This document shows, piece after piece, positions 9,101 through 17,769 of a stretch of DNA of 64,000 bases (the first letter of the stretch is position 1; each line of letters starts with the position of its first letter). Below the pieces are notes generated by a model, which worked only from the letters and a program-made list of their open reading frames with translations, did no database searches and had not been told where the DNA came from. Both the position numbers and the translations under genes were made by a program. The stretch is from Hyphomonadaceae bacterium BRH_c29 (GTDB taxonomy: Bacteria; Pseudomonadota; Alphaproteobacteria; Caulobacterales; Hyphomonadaceae), in the NCBI GenBank assembly GCA_000961695.1, contig LADW01000003.1, forward strand, positions 1,224 to 65,223, given 5' to 3'.

Positions 9101-10563
9101 GCGATCTACAGCACGGCGGTACCCTGCAACCGGGTGAATCAGCGAAGGCAGCGACGATAATATTCTCCCTCTGGGGCGGCGCGCCTGACTGGGCGGGCGG
9201 CTGTCTGCCCGCGTATGCCGAGACCTTCCAGACCATTGCCCGCCCGGCCATCCGGGCGGAACTGCGACTTCCGGACGGAGATGCGCCGCGAAGCAACGGC
9301 ACAATTTCAACCATCGCCTACGGGCCGCTCCCATTCCAGGTTTTCCTTGCCAACACGCTCGTTGAGGAGCTGGTGGCATTCCCGGACGCTGCCCATGAAA
9401 CGCTTCGGCAGATACTTTCGCTGGCGTTGCATCATCAGGCGGGCGTACTCATTCCAACCGAATTCATACGGCGAATGGCGGGCGCACTCCTGGCAGAAGG
9501 CCGGTTCGAAAAAGCCTTTCTGTGGGTCGAATTCTGGCTGAGACAGGATCCGGAGGCAACCTGGGAATGGCTCGAGCCGTGGTTCGGTCTCTGGGGCCGA
9601 ACCAGTGACAGTCCTTACAGGTTCTTTCTGGCAAGCTACGGAGCCCTCGGGCAGAAGAGCCCGGGCGATCCCGAACCCAGAGAAGAATTCAGGACCTGCC
9701 CAATAGTTCTGGCTGGCTTGCTGAAGGCTGCCTATCAAGTTGCCGATCCGCGCACGGACAATATCTACGAAGACGGCTATACACCCAACAGACGCGACAA
9801 CTGCGCAGAGACCCGGCGCAATTGGCGGGAGAGATTGGGGGCGATGCAGTCGCCAGAGGCCCATTCGGCGCTTCTGGCGCTCGCCGGAGATCCGGATCTG
9901 TCGGATCATTGCAGCGATTTTCTCTATCATGCCGACCGGCTCGCTCTGGCTGCAGCGCGGCACTTCCCTATTCCAGTCGGGGAGGTACGCCATTGGCTGG
10001 CCGGGCATTCGCCGGTGCCGCACGATCGGGCGAGTTATGCGGCTTATGTTTTCCGGCTCGCCGGCGCCCTGCTCGAGCGGTTTGCACATTCCGACCATGA
10101 CGAAGCCCGGCCTTTCCGGCGGCTAAGCCGGCAGGACATCACATCGAGAGATGAAGCGGATGCCCGGAACTGGCTGAGCGCCCGTCTTGCTGAGGCCGGC
10201 GTGAGGGTTTTCGAGCCTGTCCGGGAGGCAGAAGTGGCGGAAGGCAATCGCACGGACATCCATTTGATTGCGCGGGATTCGGCGCTCGGAAAAGTCGTTC
10301 TGGAGGTAAAACTGGCAGACCGGCGACATTGGACCGGGGATATCCTAGTTTCGACTGTGGAGCTTCAGCTTCGGGACCAGTATCTCAGGGAGAATCATGC
10401 CCATGCTGGAGGGATTGTCCTTATCAATACGCGGCGGGATGGATTTGCGAAGGAGGTTGCAGGGCAGACCGTCGACTTTGATGGCCTCTGCCGCGCCATC
10501 AAAGCCCGAATAGATGGCCTTGATGACGGTAAAACCTACCGCTTGCTGGCCATTACACTTTAG
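6121..10563 (+). CDS. Large STAND/NACHT-like NTPase with C-terminal PD-(D/E)XK nuclease; candidate antiphage NLR-like protein
   Basis: Walker A GMQGSGKT, Walker B IFLLDALDE, LVITSR sensor, RFAHREMRDFLAA winged-helix motif, long helical middle, C-terminal RTDIHL...VVLEVKL. Start uncertain (GTG 6121 or TTG 6304). Confidence 0.8.
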   Translation: MPRSGLTLEDFFSQPLKSSNIWRGRCPLAAAQIGELLASALLESKKSCSEFLNRVSKRVPYLSEFIDIERRFTPLLEDEPFDALLSARCSVILGMQGSGKTTELRRARERLRLAGKACFLVRLETLERLGLRDSFDPEDRDARRRFDLWLLSKTPGIFLLDALDEATLPAGAGAEVLTGAMRAFEQGVGEAGGRCTLVITSRGSEWDHETDRRLLMALMSDLVGETFDKLPREKALNVYALAALSRQQVAALATARDIEGGAFVKAILDNRCQALARTPLEVGYLCDVWKEDLASGRASADSFSTRAKLFERATEYKLRPPAQGSRRSNLPRDAVLEGVEALAAATIICGVNDISLNMQTGRVIDPGDVLSGTTRSWAESELRQLLSFGFFAAEIAGRVRFAHREMRDFLAARYFDHLITQSGGALDCIAPLIARFGQYETIPGGLYNFFGWLATFNAAARRRVIALYPTLIMETGDPRKISPDDRARALRAHAAAYRDRVSRGHYFYDADLVAFSTPDLAPTLAELLRDATSPELLMHLLEIARCGRFVDLAEPVCLLACDQSQKLSVRTEALAALHETGNDMATGRALDAVRQTIASGGIVSPDSAGRWNEFLIMAARLATAGGGQVDCAREFLAPLARERRNGSAMAGSVAKTMVDTDDPQRRNDWIALLIPLILSGRSDDHGRAPKYVVERLCLLPAAASLLADRLTWTDDAAVTPELLYLAEGLCSLTYEQAPYRYAGDIKGFAKGLAKRCDIKAEMLASRWSSLEGDARGKSWDVIHYLGTDRTGSDEAIWHAGDVIEQLERAKKAQSEEDKAAHFHIARQIVSELRSDAGRTEAYEALVAFARQSGRKDFRRLVVMRWPRPFWSWWNQNSYIFRYDHVKRVWPRRVRDICTRSRRRIYDRWYRLRHAKKTARGEAGNVLAWAGRQHRRDHEDKGVAVNLDVLAKRYGRTFARRAEAGYRALWRKVQPGLPLNWGEPLIEAAALGLERDLQHGGTLQPGESAKAATIIFSLWGGAPDWAGGCLPAYAETFQTIARPAIRAELRLPDGDAPRSNGTISTIAYGPLPFQVFLANTLVEELVAFPDAAHETLRQILSLALHHQAGVLIPTEFIRRMAGALLAEGRFEKAFLWVEFWLRQDPEATWEWLEPWFGLWGRTSDSPYRFFLASYGALGQKSPGDPEPREEFRTCPIVLAGLLKAAYQVADPRTDNIYEDGYTPNRRDNCAETRRNWRERLGAMQSPEAHSALLALAGDPDLSDHCSDFLYHADRLALAAARHFPIPVGEVRHWLAGHSPVPHDRASYAAYVFRLAGALLERFAHSDHDEARPFRRLSRQDITSRDEADARNWLSARLAEAGVRVFEPVREAEVAEGNRTDIHLIARDSALGKVVLEVKLADRRHWTGDILVSTVELQLRDQYLRENHAHAGGIVLINTRRDGFAKEVAGQTVDFDGLCRAIKARIDGLDDGKTYRLLAITL

Positions 10564-10590
10564 AAATTCTGGATCCGAAGTGTTGCAATA

Positions 10591-10619
10591 ATCAAACGTA
10601 AACCTATTTCATGTTTGAT
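10591..10619. promoter_or_regulatory. Inverted repeat upstream of hipB (candidate autoregulatory operator)
   Basis: ATCAAAC-N15-GTTTGAT in an AT-rich stretch just upstream of the AGGAG RBS. Confidence 0.45.
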
Positions 10620-10642
10620 AAATGCGACACAGGAGCAGGTTG

Positions 10643-10978
10643 ATGGCAAAGCAGACCCGAACCTATGCGGCGATGACGAAAGATGCGCTCATCCTGATGG
10701 GTAAGCAGATTCAGCTTGCCCGAAAGGCACGGCACATGTCTGCCGCCGAACTGGCAGAACGCGTCGGCGTCGCGCGCTCCACTCTCTGGCGTATCGAACA
10801 GGGGGAGCCTGGTGTCGAGATCGGACTGGTCTTTGAAGCGGCAATCCTGGCCGGTGTTCCGCTCTTCGAGAAGGCGAGTGGACAACTGACAGCCGAAATC
10901 GAACGGCTGAACGACAAGCTCGCACTGCTTCCGGCATCCATTCGCGACCGCTCTGCGGAGTTGAAAGATGACTTCTGA
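10643..10978 (+). CDS. hipB: XRE-family HTH antitoxin (HipB-like)
   Basis: IQLARKARHMSAAELAERVGVARSTLWRIEQGEPGV; overlaps the hipA start; AGGAG RBS. Confidence 0.82.
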   Translation: MAKQTRTYAAMTKDALILMGKQIQLARKARHMSAAELAERVGVARSTLWRIEQGEPGVEIGLVFEAAILAGVPLFEKASGQLTAEIERLNDKLALLPASIRDRSAELKDDF

Positions 10979-12260
10979 GGTGGCCGCTCCAGGTGAAGCT
11001 TTTGTATGGATATGGCTCCCCGGCGCGCTGGAGCCTGTTGTGGCGGGCCGGATTGCGCGGGACGGACAGCTGTTTGTTTTCAACTATGGTCAGTCCTACC
11101 TGAACCGCACGGATGCGATCTCCCTGTTACCGAACGAACTCCCGCTCCAGGCCGGGCTGCAGCGCCCGCTGGCGCCGCTCACCATGGCCGGCTGCCTGAG
11201 GGATGCGTCACCGGATGCCTGGGGGCGCCGGGTCATCATCAATCGGCTTACCGGCTTGAAGGGGCAGGCTGCCGGCGCGGTGGAACTGGGCGAGCTGACC
11301 TATCTGCTCGAATCCGGATCGGACCGGATTGGCGGACTGGATTTCCAGGCGCAGGCGGATGCGTACATTCCGAGAGGCGGGCGTGAAGCGACGCTCGAAG
11401 AGCTCCAGGCCTCGGCCGAAAAGGTACTCGCAGGTGAGCCGCTTCATCCTGAAATCGACCGTGCCCTGCATCATGGAAGTTCGATAGGCGGGGCGCGGCC
11501 AAAGGCGCTCCTGACTAATGGCGACAAGAAGCTGATCGCGAAATTCTCGGCTTCGTCGGATACCTACAGCGTGGTGAAGGCTGAATTCATCGCCATGCGC
11601 CTGGCAGCCCGGTGCGGCATCGATGCCGCACCCGTCGAACTCGTCTCGGTGTCCGGCAAGGATATCCTCCTTGTCGAGCGGTTCGACCGCGTCGCGCATG
11701 CCGGGCAATGGTCGCGCAGGATGATGATTTCTGCGCTGACGCTGTTCGGGCTCGACGAGCTTGCGGCGCGCCATGCCTCCTATGAGGATCTTGCTGAAAT
11801 CATCCGGACACGGTTTACCGCGCCTCGCGACACCTTGCACAACCTGTTCCGCCGGCTCGTGTTCAACATTCTCGTGGGCAATACGGATGATCACGCCCGC
11901 AATCATGCGGCCTTCTGGGATGGCCAGGCGCTGAGCCTGACACCGGCTTATGACATCTGTCCTCAGGCGCGCACCGGGCGTGAAGCCAATCAGGCCATGA
12001 AGGTCCACCGCGAAACGCGCCAGAGCCAGCTTGTGACAGCCCTTCGCCTCGCGCCAGCCTGCCTGCTGGATGAAGCCGAGGCGGCTCGGATCATCACTTA
12101 CCTTGTCGAGGGTATTGCCGCGATGTGGACGGAAGTTGTCGATGAAGCTGAGCTGTCCGATGTCGACAGGCGGCTGTTCTGGCGGCGCCAGTTCCTGCAC
12201 CCCTATGCATTCGAGGGCGTTGAAGGCCCACTGAGTGGCCTGGCGTGTTGGGTGGAGTAA
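10968..12260 (+). CDS. hipA: HipA-family Ser/Thr kinase toxin
   Basis: GSSIGGARPKA P-loop, LLVERFDR, NTDDHARNH catalytic loop, LTPAYD. Confidence 0.92.
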   Translation: MTSEVAAPGEAFVWIWLPGALEPVVAGRIARDGQLFVFNYGQSYLNRTDAISLLPNELPLQAGLQRPLAPLTMAGCLRDASPDAWGRRVIINRLTGLKGQAAGAVELGELTYLLESGSDRIGGLDFQAQADAYIPRGGREATLEELQASAEKVLAGEPLHPEIDRALHHGSSIGGARPKALLTNGDKKLIAKFSASSDTYSVVKAEFIAMRLAARCGIDAAPVELVSVSGKDILLVERFDRVAHAGQWSRRMMISALTLFGLDELAARHASYEDLAEIIRTRFTAPRDTLHNLFRRLVFNILVGNTDDHARNHAAFWDGQALSLTPAYDICPQARTGREANQAMKVHRETRQSQLVTALRLAPACLLDEAEAARIITYLVEGIAAMWTEVVDEAELSDVDRRLFWRRQFLHPYAFEGVEGPLSGLACWVE

Positions 12261-12265
12261 GGACC

Positions 12266-13837
12266 ATGGACGATGATCGCATCGGCACGATCGGGCAGAA
12301 TGAATTCTTCAGCCTGTGCGAACGCGAACGCCTGTATGCGTCCCGGCCCGAACCAGACCGCACCGGAAAGGATTTTATTGTCGAGTGGAAACCTGACGAA
12401 GGGAATGGATTTGATACACGGCCACCGCCGCGCAAATGCCTGGTTCAGGTCAAATCGACCCGGCTCGGATCAAGACAGGTCCGCGTGAAACTCAGCGCGG
12501 CAGAATGGCTGGCCAAGGATCTCAGTCCCGCTTTCTTTATATGTGCGGTTATTGATGAGGCGGAGACAGTCGATCACTATGTCGGATACCATATCGCGAA
12601 TGTCTGGCTGGAACGCATACTGGCATGATTGCGCAAGGCGGCAGTGGAGCGCAAAAACCCGAGTAATCTCTCCGTCACGCTGACATTGTCCAAGGGGCAC
12701 GCGTTGCCGCCGCCCAAGGTTCGGGACTGGCTGGAGGAGGTATGCGGCGCGGATATGGCTCTCTATTCAGCCGAAAAATCTCTCGCGCTGAAAACGCTGG
12801 GATACGACGATGATGGCCCTGAATATGTCATGACGTTTTCGGCGAGTAGCGTAGACGAAATCGTTGAATGCCTCCTGGGCCAGCGTGAACTGGATGCGTC
12901 TTTCGGGCCGCCGCTTCGCAGCCGGTTCGGGGTCAAGGCCGAGGCGCCGGACGAACTTGTTCTTCCGCCTGCAGGCCGGGTTTCTGCTACGCCGCGCGAT
13001 TGCGACCCGTGGGTAGCGGAGGTCCTCGACGAGGCTGGCGCTCCGCAGGCCTCCATTGAACTGAACGGTCAGACAATCGCGTTTGAAGGTCTGCCGCGAG
13101 AGCATTGGCGGTCCGAAGCGACCAACGATCTCATTCGGATTTCGATCCTGAGGCAGTCGGTAACCGTGAAATTTCTCGCCGCACAGTTGCTGGACAGGAC
13201 GCACAGTCTCGACCGGTTGATCAGGAGTGTCGAATTCTGGCTGTCATTGGTATCGTGCGGGGGCCGGTTCAGAATTCTGAAGCTGAACAGATACTCTCCG
13301 GATATGCAGATCAAGGGCATGACAAGCAATCTTGATCCCGTGCTCGAACGCGGTCTTGACCTCCTGAAGGCGGCGCGGACCCTGTATGCTTATTGTCAGA
13401 TTGATAGCCCGACAATCAGTTACGAGTCTCTCACAGAGAGGGCACGTCAAATCATCCATGCTGCCCAACAGCTCGACTTGCGTCAGGCCGCGGACTCCTG
13501 GGTTATCTGCGAGTGTCGACCTGAAAATGTAGAGGAACTTGCCGAACGGCTTTCTGGCGGCGTGACCCTACTGATGACCTTTCCTGTAGATTTGGGCGAC
13601 GACATACTCGCCTTTTCGGTTGCTTATGCGGTCCGGCCCGAATGGAGGGGAGCGACGCTGAAACTCCATGCCACGAGCCGGTTTCCACTTCGAGGTTGCA
13701 GGCTCGAGCGAAATGATCCCGTCAAGGACTATGAGTCTTTTGTCGCCGGGATTCGGGGGGAGGTGTCTCCGGCCTTGCACGCACATATCCCTTTGATCGT
13801 GATAGACGCTGAGCCAACTGCTGAGGCAGAGAGCTGA
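12266..13837 (+). pseudogene. DUF4365-like PD-(D/E)XK nuclease with a large C-terminal domain, interrupted by one in-frame TGA at 12626-12628
   Basis: ORFs 12266-12628 and 12629-13837 are contiguous and in the same frame; N-terminal DRTGKDFIVEW...LVQVKST nuclease motif. Confidence 0.7.
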
Positions 13838-14125
13838 TCGAGGGCGGGAGCGGCGGCGCTGAACCCGGATCCTGACGTCGGATACCGGAGCCGTCTGGCA
13901 ACTTCAGGAGCGGCGCGCCTTAGCGAGCAGCTACCGGCTTGTGCTGGACCACCGCGAAATTGCGGCGCCAGTCATAGATTGTCTACGTTGCCCAACCGTC
14001 CGATGCTTCTGCCTCAATCGCAAGCTGCCGACTCCAAGCTATGATAACGAAAGTCGAGTGAGTGACGTCCAACTACCTGGCAGCAATTGCCGGGCTTCCA
14101 GCGGATAATCGGACGTAGTTGGCGA

Positions 14126-14563
14126 CTAATTGACGGGTTGTGTGAGGCAATCGGTACCTTCTGTTGCTGTGTTGCAGATGGACGTGATGCGAAAGGACCC
14201 GTCGCGACCTCGCTTGACCATGAAAGACACCGCGTCTCCTTCTGCGAACCCCGACAGGTCGATATCATCCAGAATGCCGAATCCCATGGTCATGGCGCCC
14301 ATGTCGATGCCGTTAAACGGACCGTGCTCGATGGTCAGGAAGTCGCCGTTCTGACCAATAGACCTGATTGTGCCTGTGGCCTGACCTGAACCATTTCCCG
14401 CAGCTTCGCTGACTGCCGCAGCGTCGGGGCTGCTGCCTTCAGTTGGCATGTCGGCTGCCGCCTTTGTCGCCGGCGCCTCCGGAAAAGGTGCTTCCTGTGC
14501 TTTACCGCAGGCAGTCAGGCCGAAGGCCAGCAGGCTGGCTGCAAGATAGTTGAGGGCTTTCAT
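14126..14563 (-). CDS. cusF: CusF-like periplasmic Cu(I)/Ag(I)-binding lipoprotein
   Basis: Lipobox LTAC; TIEHGPFNGIDMGAMTMGF; overlaps the cusA stop. Confidence 0.85.
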   Translation of the reverse strand: MKALNYLAASLLAFGLTACGKAQEAPFPEAPATKAAADMPTEGSSPDAAAVSEAAGNGSGQATGTIRSIGQNGDFLTIEHGPFNGIDMGAMTMGFGILDDIDLSGFAEGDAVSFMVKRGRDGSFRITSICNTATEGTDCLTQPVN

Positions 14564-17500
14564 GGCGTTTGTCCTTCGTTTGTTGCGGGATTGATTGCTT
14601 GTCTCGGGATTGGTTGCGGGGCCGACTTTGAAAGCTGGGCTCCGACCCGGATATAATAGATCGCCGGTATGACAATGAGCGTCAGGACCAGAGTTGATGC
14701 CATCCCGCCGAGCATGGGTAGCGCGATGCGGCGCATCACGTCCGATCCGAGACCGTCGGTCAAGAAGATCGGCGCCAGTCCGACCAGCAGTGTAAAGACG
14801 GTCATCAGTTTCGGGCGGACACGCATGGCTGCGCCCCGGCCGATGGCTGCGAACAGTTCGGCGTGTGTCTGCGGGCGCGCCTTGCGCACTTCGGCGTCTA
14901 TGTAGAGCAGCATGACGATCGCCGTTTCTGCGGCGATGCCGCCCAGCGCAATGAAGCCTACGGCGACGGCAACCGACAGGTTGTATCCGGCAAGCCAGAC
15001 AGCCCAGAACCCACCAATCAAGGCAAAAGGCAGGCTGGCCATGATGATCAACGTACGATCAAGCCGCCCGAAATGCAGCATCAGGAGGAGAAAGATAAGG
15101 GCAACGGCGGCCGGGATGGCAATTGCCAGTCGGGCATTGGCCTCTTCCAACTGCTCGTACTGTCCCGAGAAGGCGACGGCATACCCGGGAGGCAGATCGA
15201 CGCCAGCGGCGACGGCTTGGCGTGCCTCAGCGACGAAGCCCCCCATGTCGCGGCCCGCAATATCGACGAACACCCACCCCGTGAGGCGTGCATTTTCAGA
15301 GCGGATCATCGGCGGACCCTCAGCATACAGAATTGTAGCGAGTTCGCCGAGCGGGATATGTGCGCCGGTTGGCGTCGGAACGAGAATGGCTTCCAGATCC
15401 TGCGGAGCCTCGCGAAACGGCCGGTCATAGCGCAGGATGATGTCGTAGCGTTCGCGGCCCTGGACCGACTGTGAAAGACGCATGCCGCCCAACGCGCTCT
15501 GCACGACGGACTGGAATGTGCCCATGTCTATGTTCCGCCGGGCTAGCTCGGCGCGGTCAGGTGTGATCTCGAGGTATTTTCCGCCGAGCACCCGATCGGC
15601 AAAAGCCGAGCGCGTGCCTGGGATATCCGCCACGACACCTTCCACTTCGCGGGCAATGCGCTCGATTTCCGAAAGGCTGTCACCGGTGACCTTGACGCCG
15701 ATGGGGGTACGCACGCCAGTGGAGACCATGTCCATGCGTATCTTGATCGGATAGCCCCAGGAGTTGACCAGTCCGGGCATTTTGAGGCGCTGGTCGAGTT
15801 CGTCCGTGATATCGTCGATGGTGACGCCCGGGCGCCAGTCTTTCTTTGGCTTCAGGCGTATCCAGGTCTCGATCATGGTCAGGGGCGCAGGGTCGGTTGC
15901 GGTGTCGGCGCGTCCGGCCTTGCCGAACACACGTTCGACTTCCGGAACCGTCATGATCACGCGATTGGTCTGACCAAGGATCTCGCGCATCTTGGTCGAG
16001 GACACGCCGGGTAGGGTCGTCGGCATGTAGAGCAATTCGCCTTCATACAGGGCCGGCATGAATTCGGATCCGATCCGCTGAACGGGGATTAAGACACTGG
16101 CGGTGAGCGCTAGGGAGATCGCGACGGTGATCCATTTGAAGCGAAGCGCAAGGTTGAGGACCGGCTTGTACGCCCAGATAAAAAAAGCGTTGATCGGATT
16201 GGCTTCCTCGCGCCGGAACCGTCCCCGCATCAGGTACAGCATGAGCACCGGTACGAGGGTCACCGACAGAAGCGCCGCAAAGGCCATGGCATAGGTCTTG
16301 GTGAATGCCAGCGGGCTGAACAGGCGGTAACTTTCGCCGGTGAGAGCAAAGACGGGCAGGAACGAGACCGTAATGATCAGCAGGGAGAAGAAAATGCCGG
16401 GTCCGACTTCCTGCGCCGCTTCGAGGAGGGCGGCGCGGCGGGTCTGCGCATCAATCCTGTCTCCGAGCTCCGACAACCGCCGACTGGCGTTTTCCACGAG
16501 TACGATGGAGGCATCGACCATAGCGCCGATCGCAATGGCGATGCCGCCAAGGCTCATGATGTTCGCCGTTACGCCCTGGAGCGACATGATGAGAAATGCC
16601 CCCAGAACCCCGAGCGGCAGGGTGATGATCGCGACCAGTGAAGAGCGGACGTGAAGAAGAAAAACCAGGATCACGAGCGCGACCACGAGACCCTCTTCGA
16701 ACAGCTTTTCCTTCAAATAATCGACCGCGCCTTCGATCAACGGCGCGCGGTCATAAACCGTCACGATCTCGACTCCTTCCGGCAACCCGCGCTGGAGCTC
16801 GGCCAGCTTGGCTTTGACCCGGTCGATCACCTGAAGCGCATTCTCGCCGTCGCGCATGACGACAATGCCGGCGACTGTCTCGCCCTCTCCGTTCAGTTCA
16901 ACGACGCCCCGGCGGAGCGAAGGCCCTTCCACTATGCGGGCAACATCGCGCAGGAGGACGGGTGTTCCGCCTTCGGCGTAGATGACCACCTCTTCAAGGT
17001 CTGCAAGTTCGTCGACATAGCCAGACGACCGGATCACGAATTCGGTTTCGGCCTGTTCCAGGACACGTCCGCCGACTTCACTCGAGGCTGCGCGGACGGC
17101 GTCGCCGATCCGCGCGATCGGGATATCGTAGCTGCGTAGAGCATTGGGGTCGATCAGAATCTGATATTCTCGCACGAAACCGCCGACAGACGCGACCTCC
17201 GCGACACCTTCGACGCCCGCGAGTTCGAGTTTCAGGAACCAGTCCTGAAGGGAGCGAAGTTGCGCAAGGTCGGTGTTTCCCGACTTGTCGACCAGTGCAT
17301 ACTGGTAGACCCAGCCGACGCCGGTCGCGTCCGGTCCGATCCGCGGCACGACACCTTCAGGCAGGGCCGAGCCCAGACGAGACAGCGCCTCCAGGACACG
17401 CGAGCGCGCCCAGTAGAGATCGACATCATTCTCGAATATGACATAGACAAAGCTCGTGCCGAACATCGAACTGGCGCGCACGTCTTTCGTCCGGGGTAGG

Positions 17501-17769
17501 CCCAGGAGATTGGCCGACAGCGGATACGTGACGAGGTCTTCGACAATCTGCGGGCTCTGTCCCGGAAAATCGGTCCGGATGATGACCTGTGTGTCCGTCA
17601 AATCGGGTACGGCATCCAACGGCGTGCGCTCCACGGCGAGCCAGCCGGCCACTGCCAGCGCGCCGGCGAGAACCAGCACAATCAGCTGATTTCTGACCGA
17701 CCAGGATATGAGGCCTGCGACCCAGGAGCGGGACGGGTCGCGGCCGGAAAGGTCGTCCTGCGTGCTCAT
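14560..17769 (-). CDS. cusA: CusA-type heavy-metal RND permease (Cu/Ag)
   Basis: LDAVPDLTDTQVII, AIGAMVDASIVLVEN, ELLYMPTTLPG, GIAAETAIVMLLY; start MSTQDD at 17769. Confidence 0.93.
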   Translation of the reverse strand: MSTQDDLSGRDPSRSWVAGLISWSVRNQLIVLVLAGALAVAGWLAVERTPLDAVPDLTDTQVIIRTDFPGQSPQIVEDLVTYPLSANLLGLPRTKDVRASSMFGTSFVYVIFENDVDLYWARSRVLEALSRLGSALPEGVVPRIGPDATGVGWVYQYALVDKSGNTDLAQLRSLQDWFLKLELAGVEGVAEVASVGGFVREYQILIDPNALRSYDIPIARIGDAVRAASSEVGGRVLEQAETEFVIRSSGYVDELADLEEVVIYAEGGTPVLLRDVARIVEGPSLRRGVVELNGEGETVAGIVVMRDGENALQVIDRVKAKLAELQRGLPEGVEIVTVYDRAPLIEGAVDYLKEKLFEEGLVVALVILVFLLHVRSSLVAIITLPLGVLGAFLIMSLQGVTANIMSLGGIAIAIGAMVDASIVLVENASRRLSELGDRIDAQTRRAALLEAAQEVGPGIFFSLLIITVSFLPVFALTGESYRLFSPLAFTKTYAMAFAALLSVTLVPVLMLYLMRGRFRREEANPINAFFIWAYKPVLNLALRFKWITVAISLALTASVLIPVQRIGSEFMPALYEGELLYMPTTLPGVSSTKMREILGQTNRVIMTVPEVERVFGKAGRADTATDPAPLTMIETWIRLKPKKDWRPGVTIDDITDELDQRLKMPGLVNSWGYPIKIRMDMVSTGVRTPIGVKVTGDSLSEIERIAREVEGVVADIPGTRSAFADRVLGGKYLEITPDRAELARRNIDMGTFQSVVQSALGGMRLSQSVQGRERYDIILRYDRPFREAPQDLEAILVPTPTGAHIPLGELATILYAEGPPMIRSENARLTGWVFVDIAGRDMGGFVAEARQAVAAGVDLPPGYAVAFSGQYEQLEEANARLAIAIPAAVALIFLLLMLHFGRLDRTLIIMASLPFALIGGFWAVWLAGYNLSVAVAVGFIALGGIAAETAIVMLLYIDAEVRKARPQTHAELFAAIGRGAAMRVRPKLMTVFTLLVGLAPIFLTDGLGSDVMRRIALPMLGGMASTLVLTLIVIPAIYYIRVGAQLSKSAPQPIPRQAINPATNEGQTP

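Noticed and set aside
12626-12660. Selenocysteine recoding of the in-frame UGA
   Set aside because: The position is in a helix-like ILA*LRK context with no redox or metal motif, the hairpin is short, and no sel genes are in the window.
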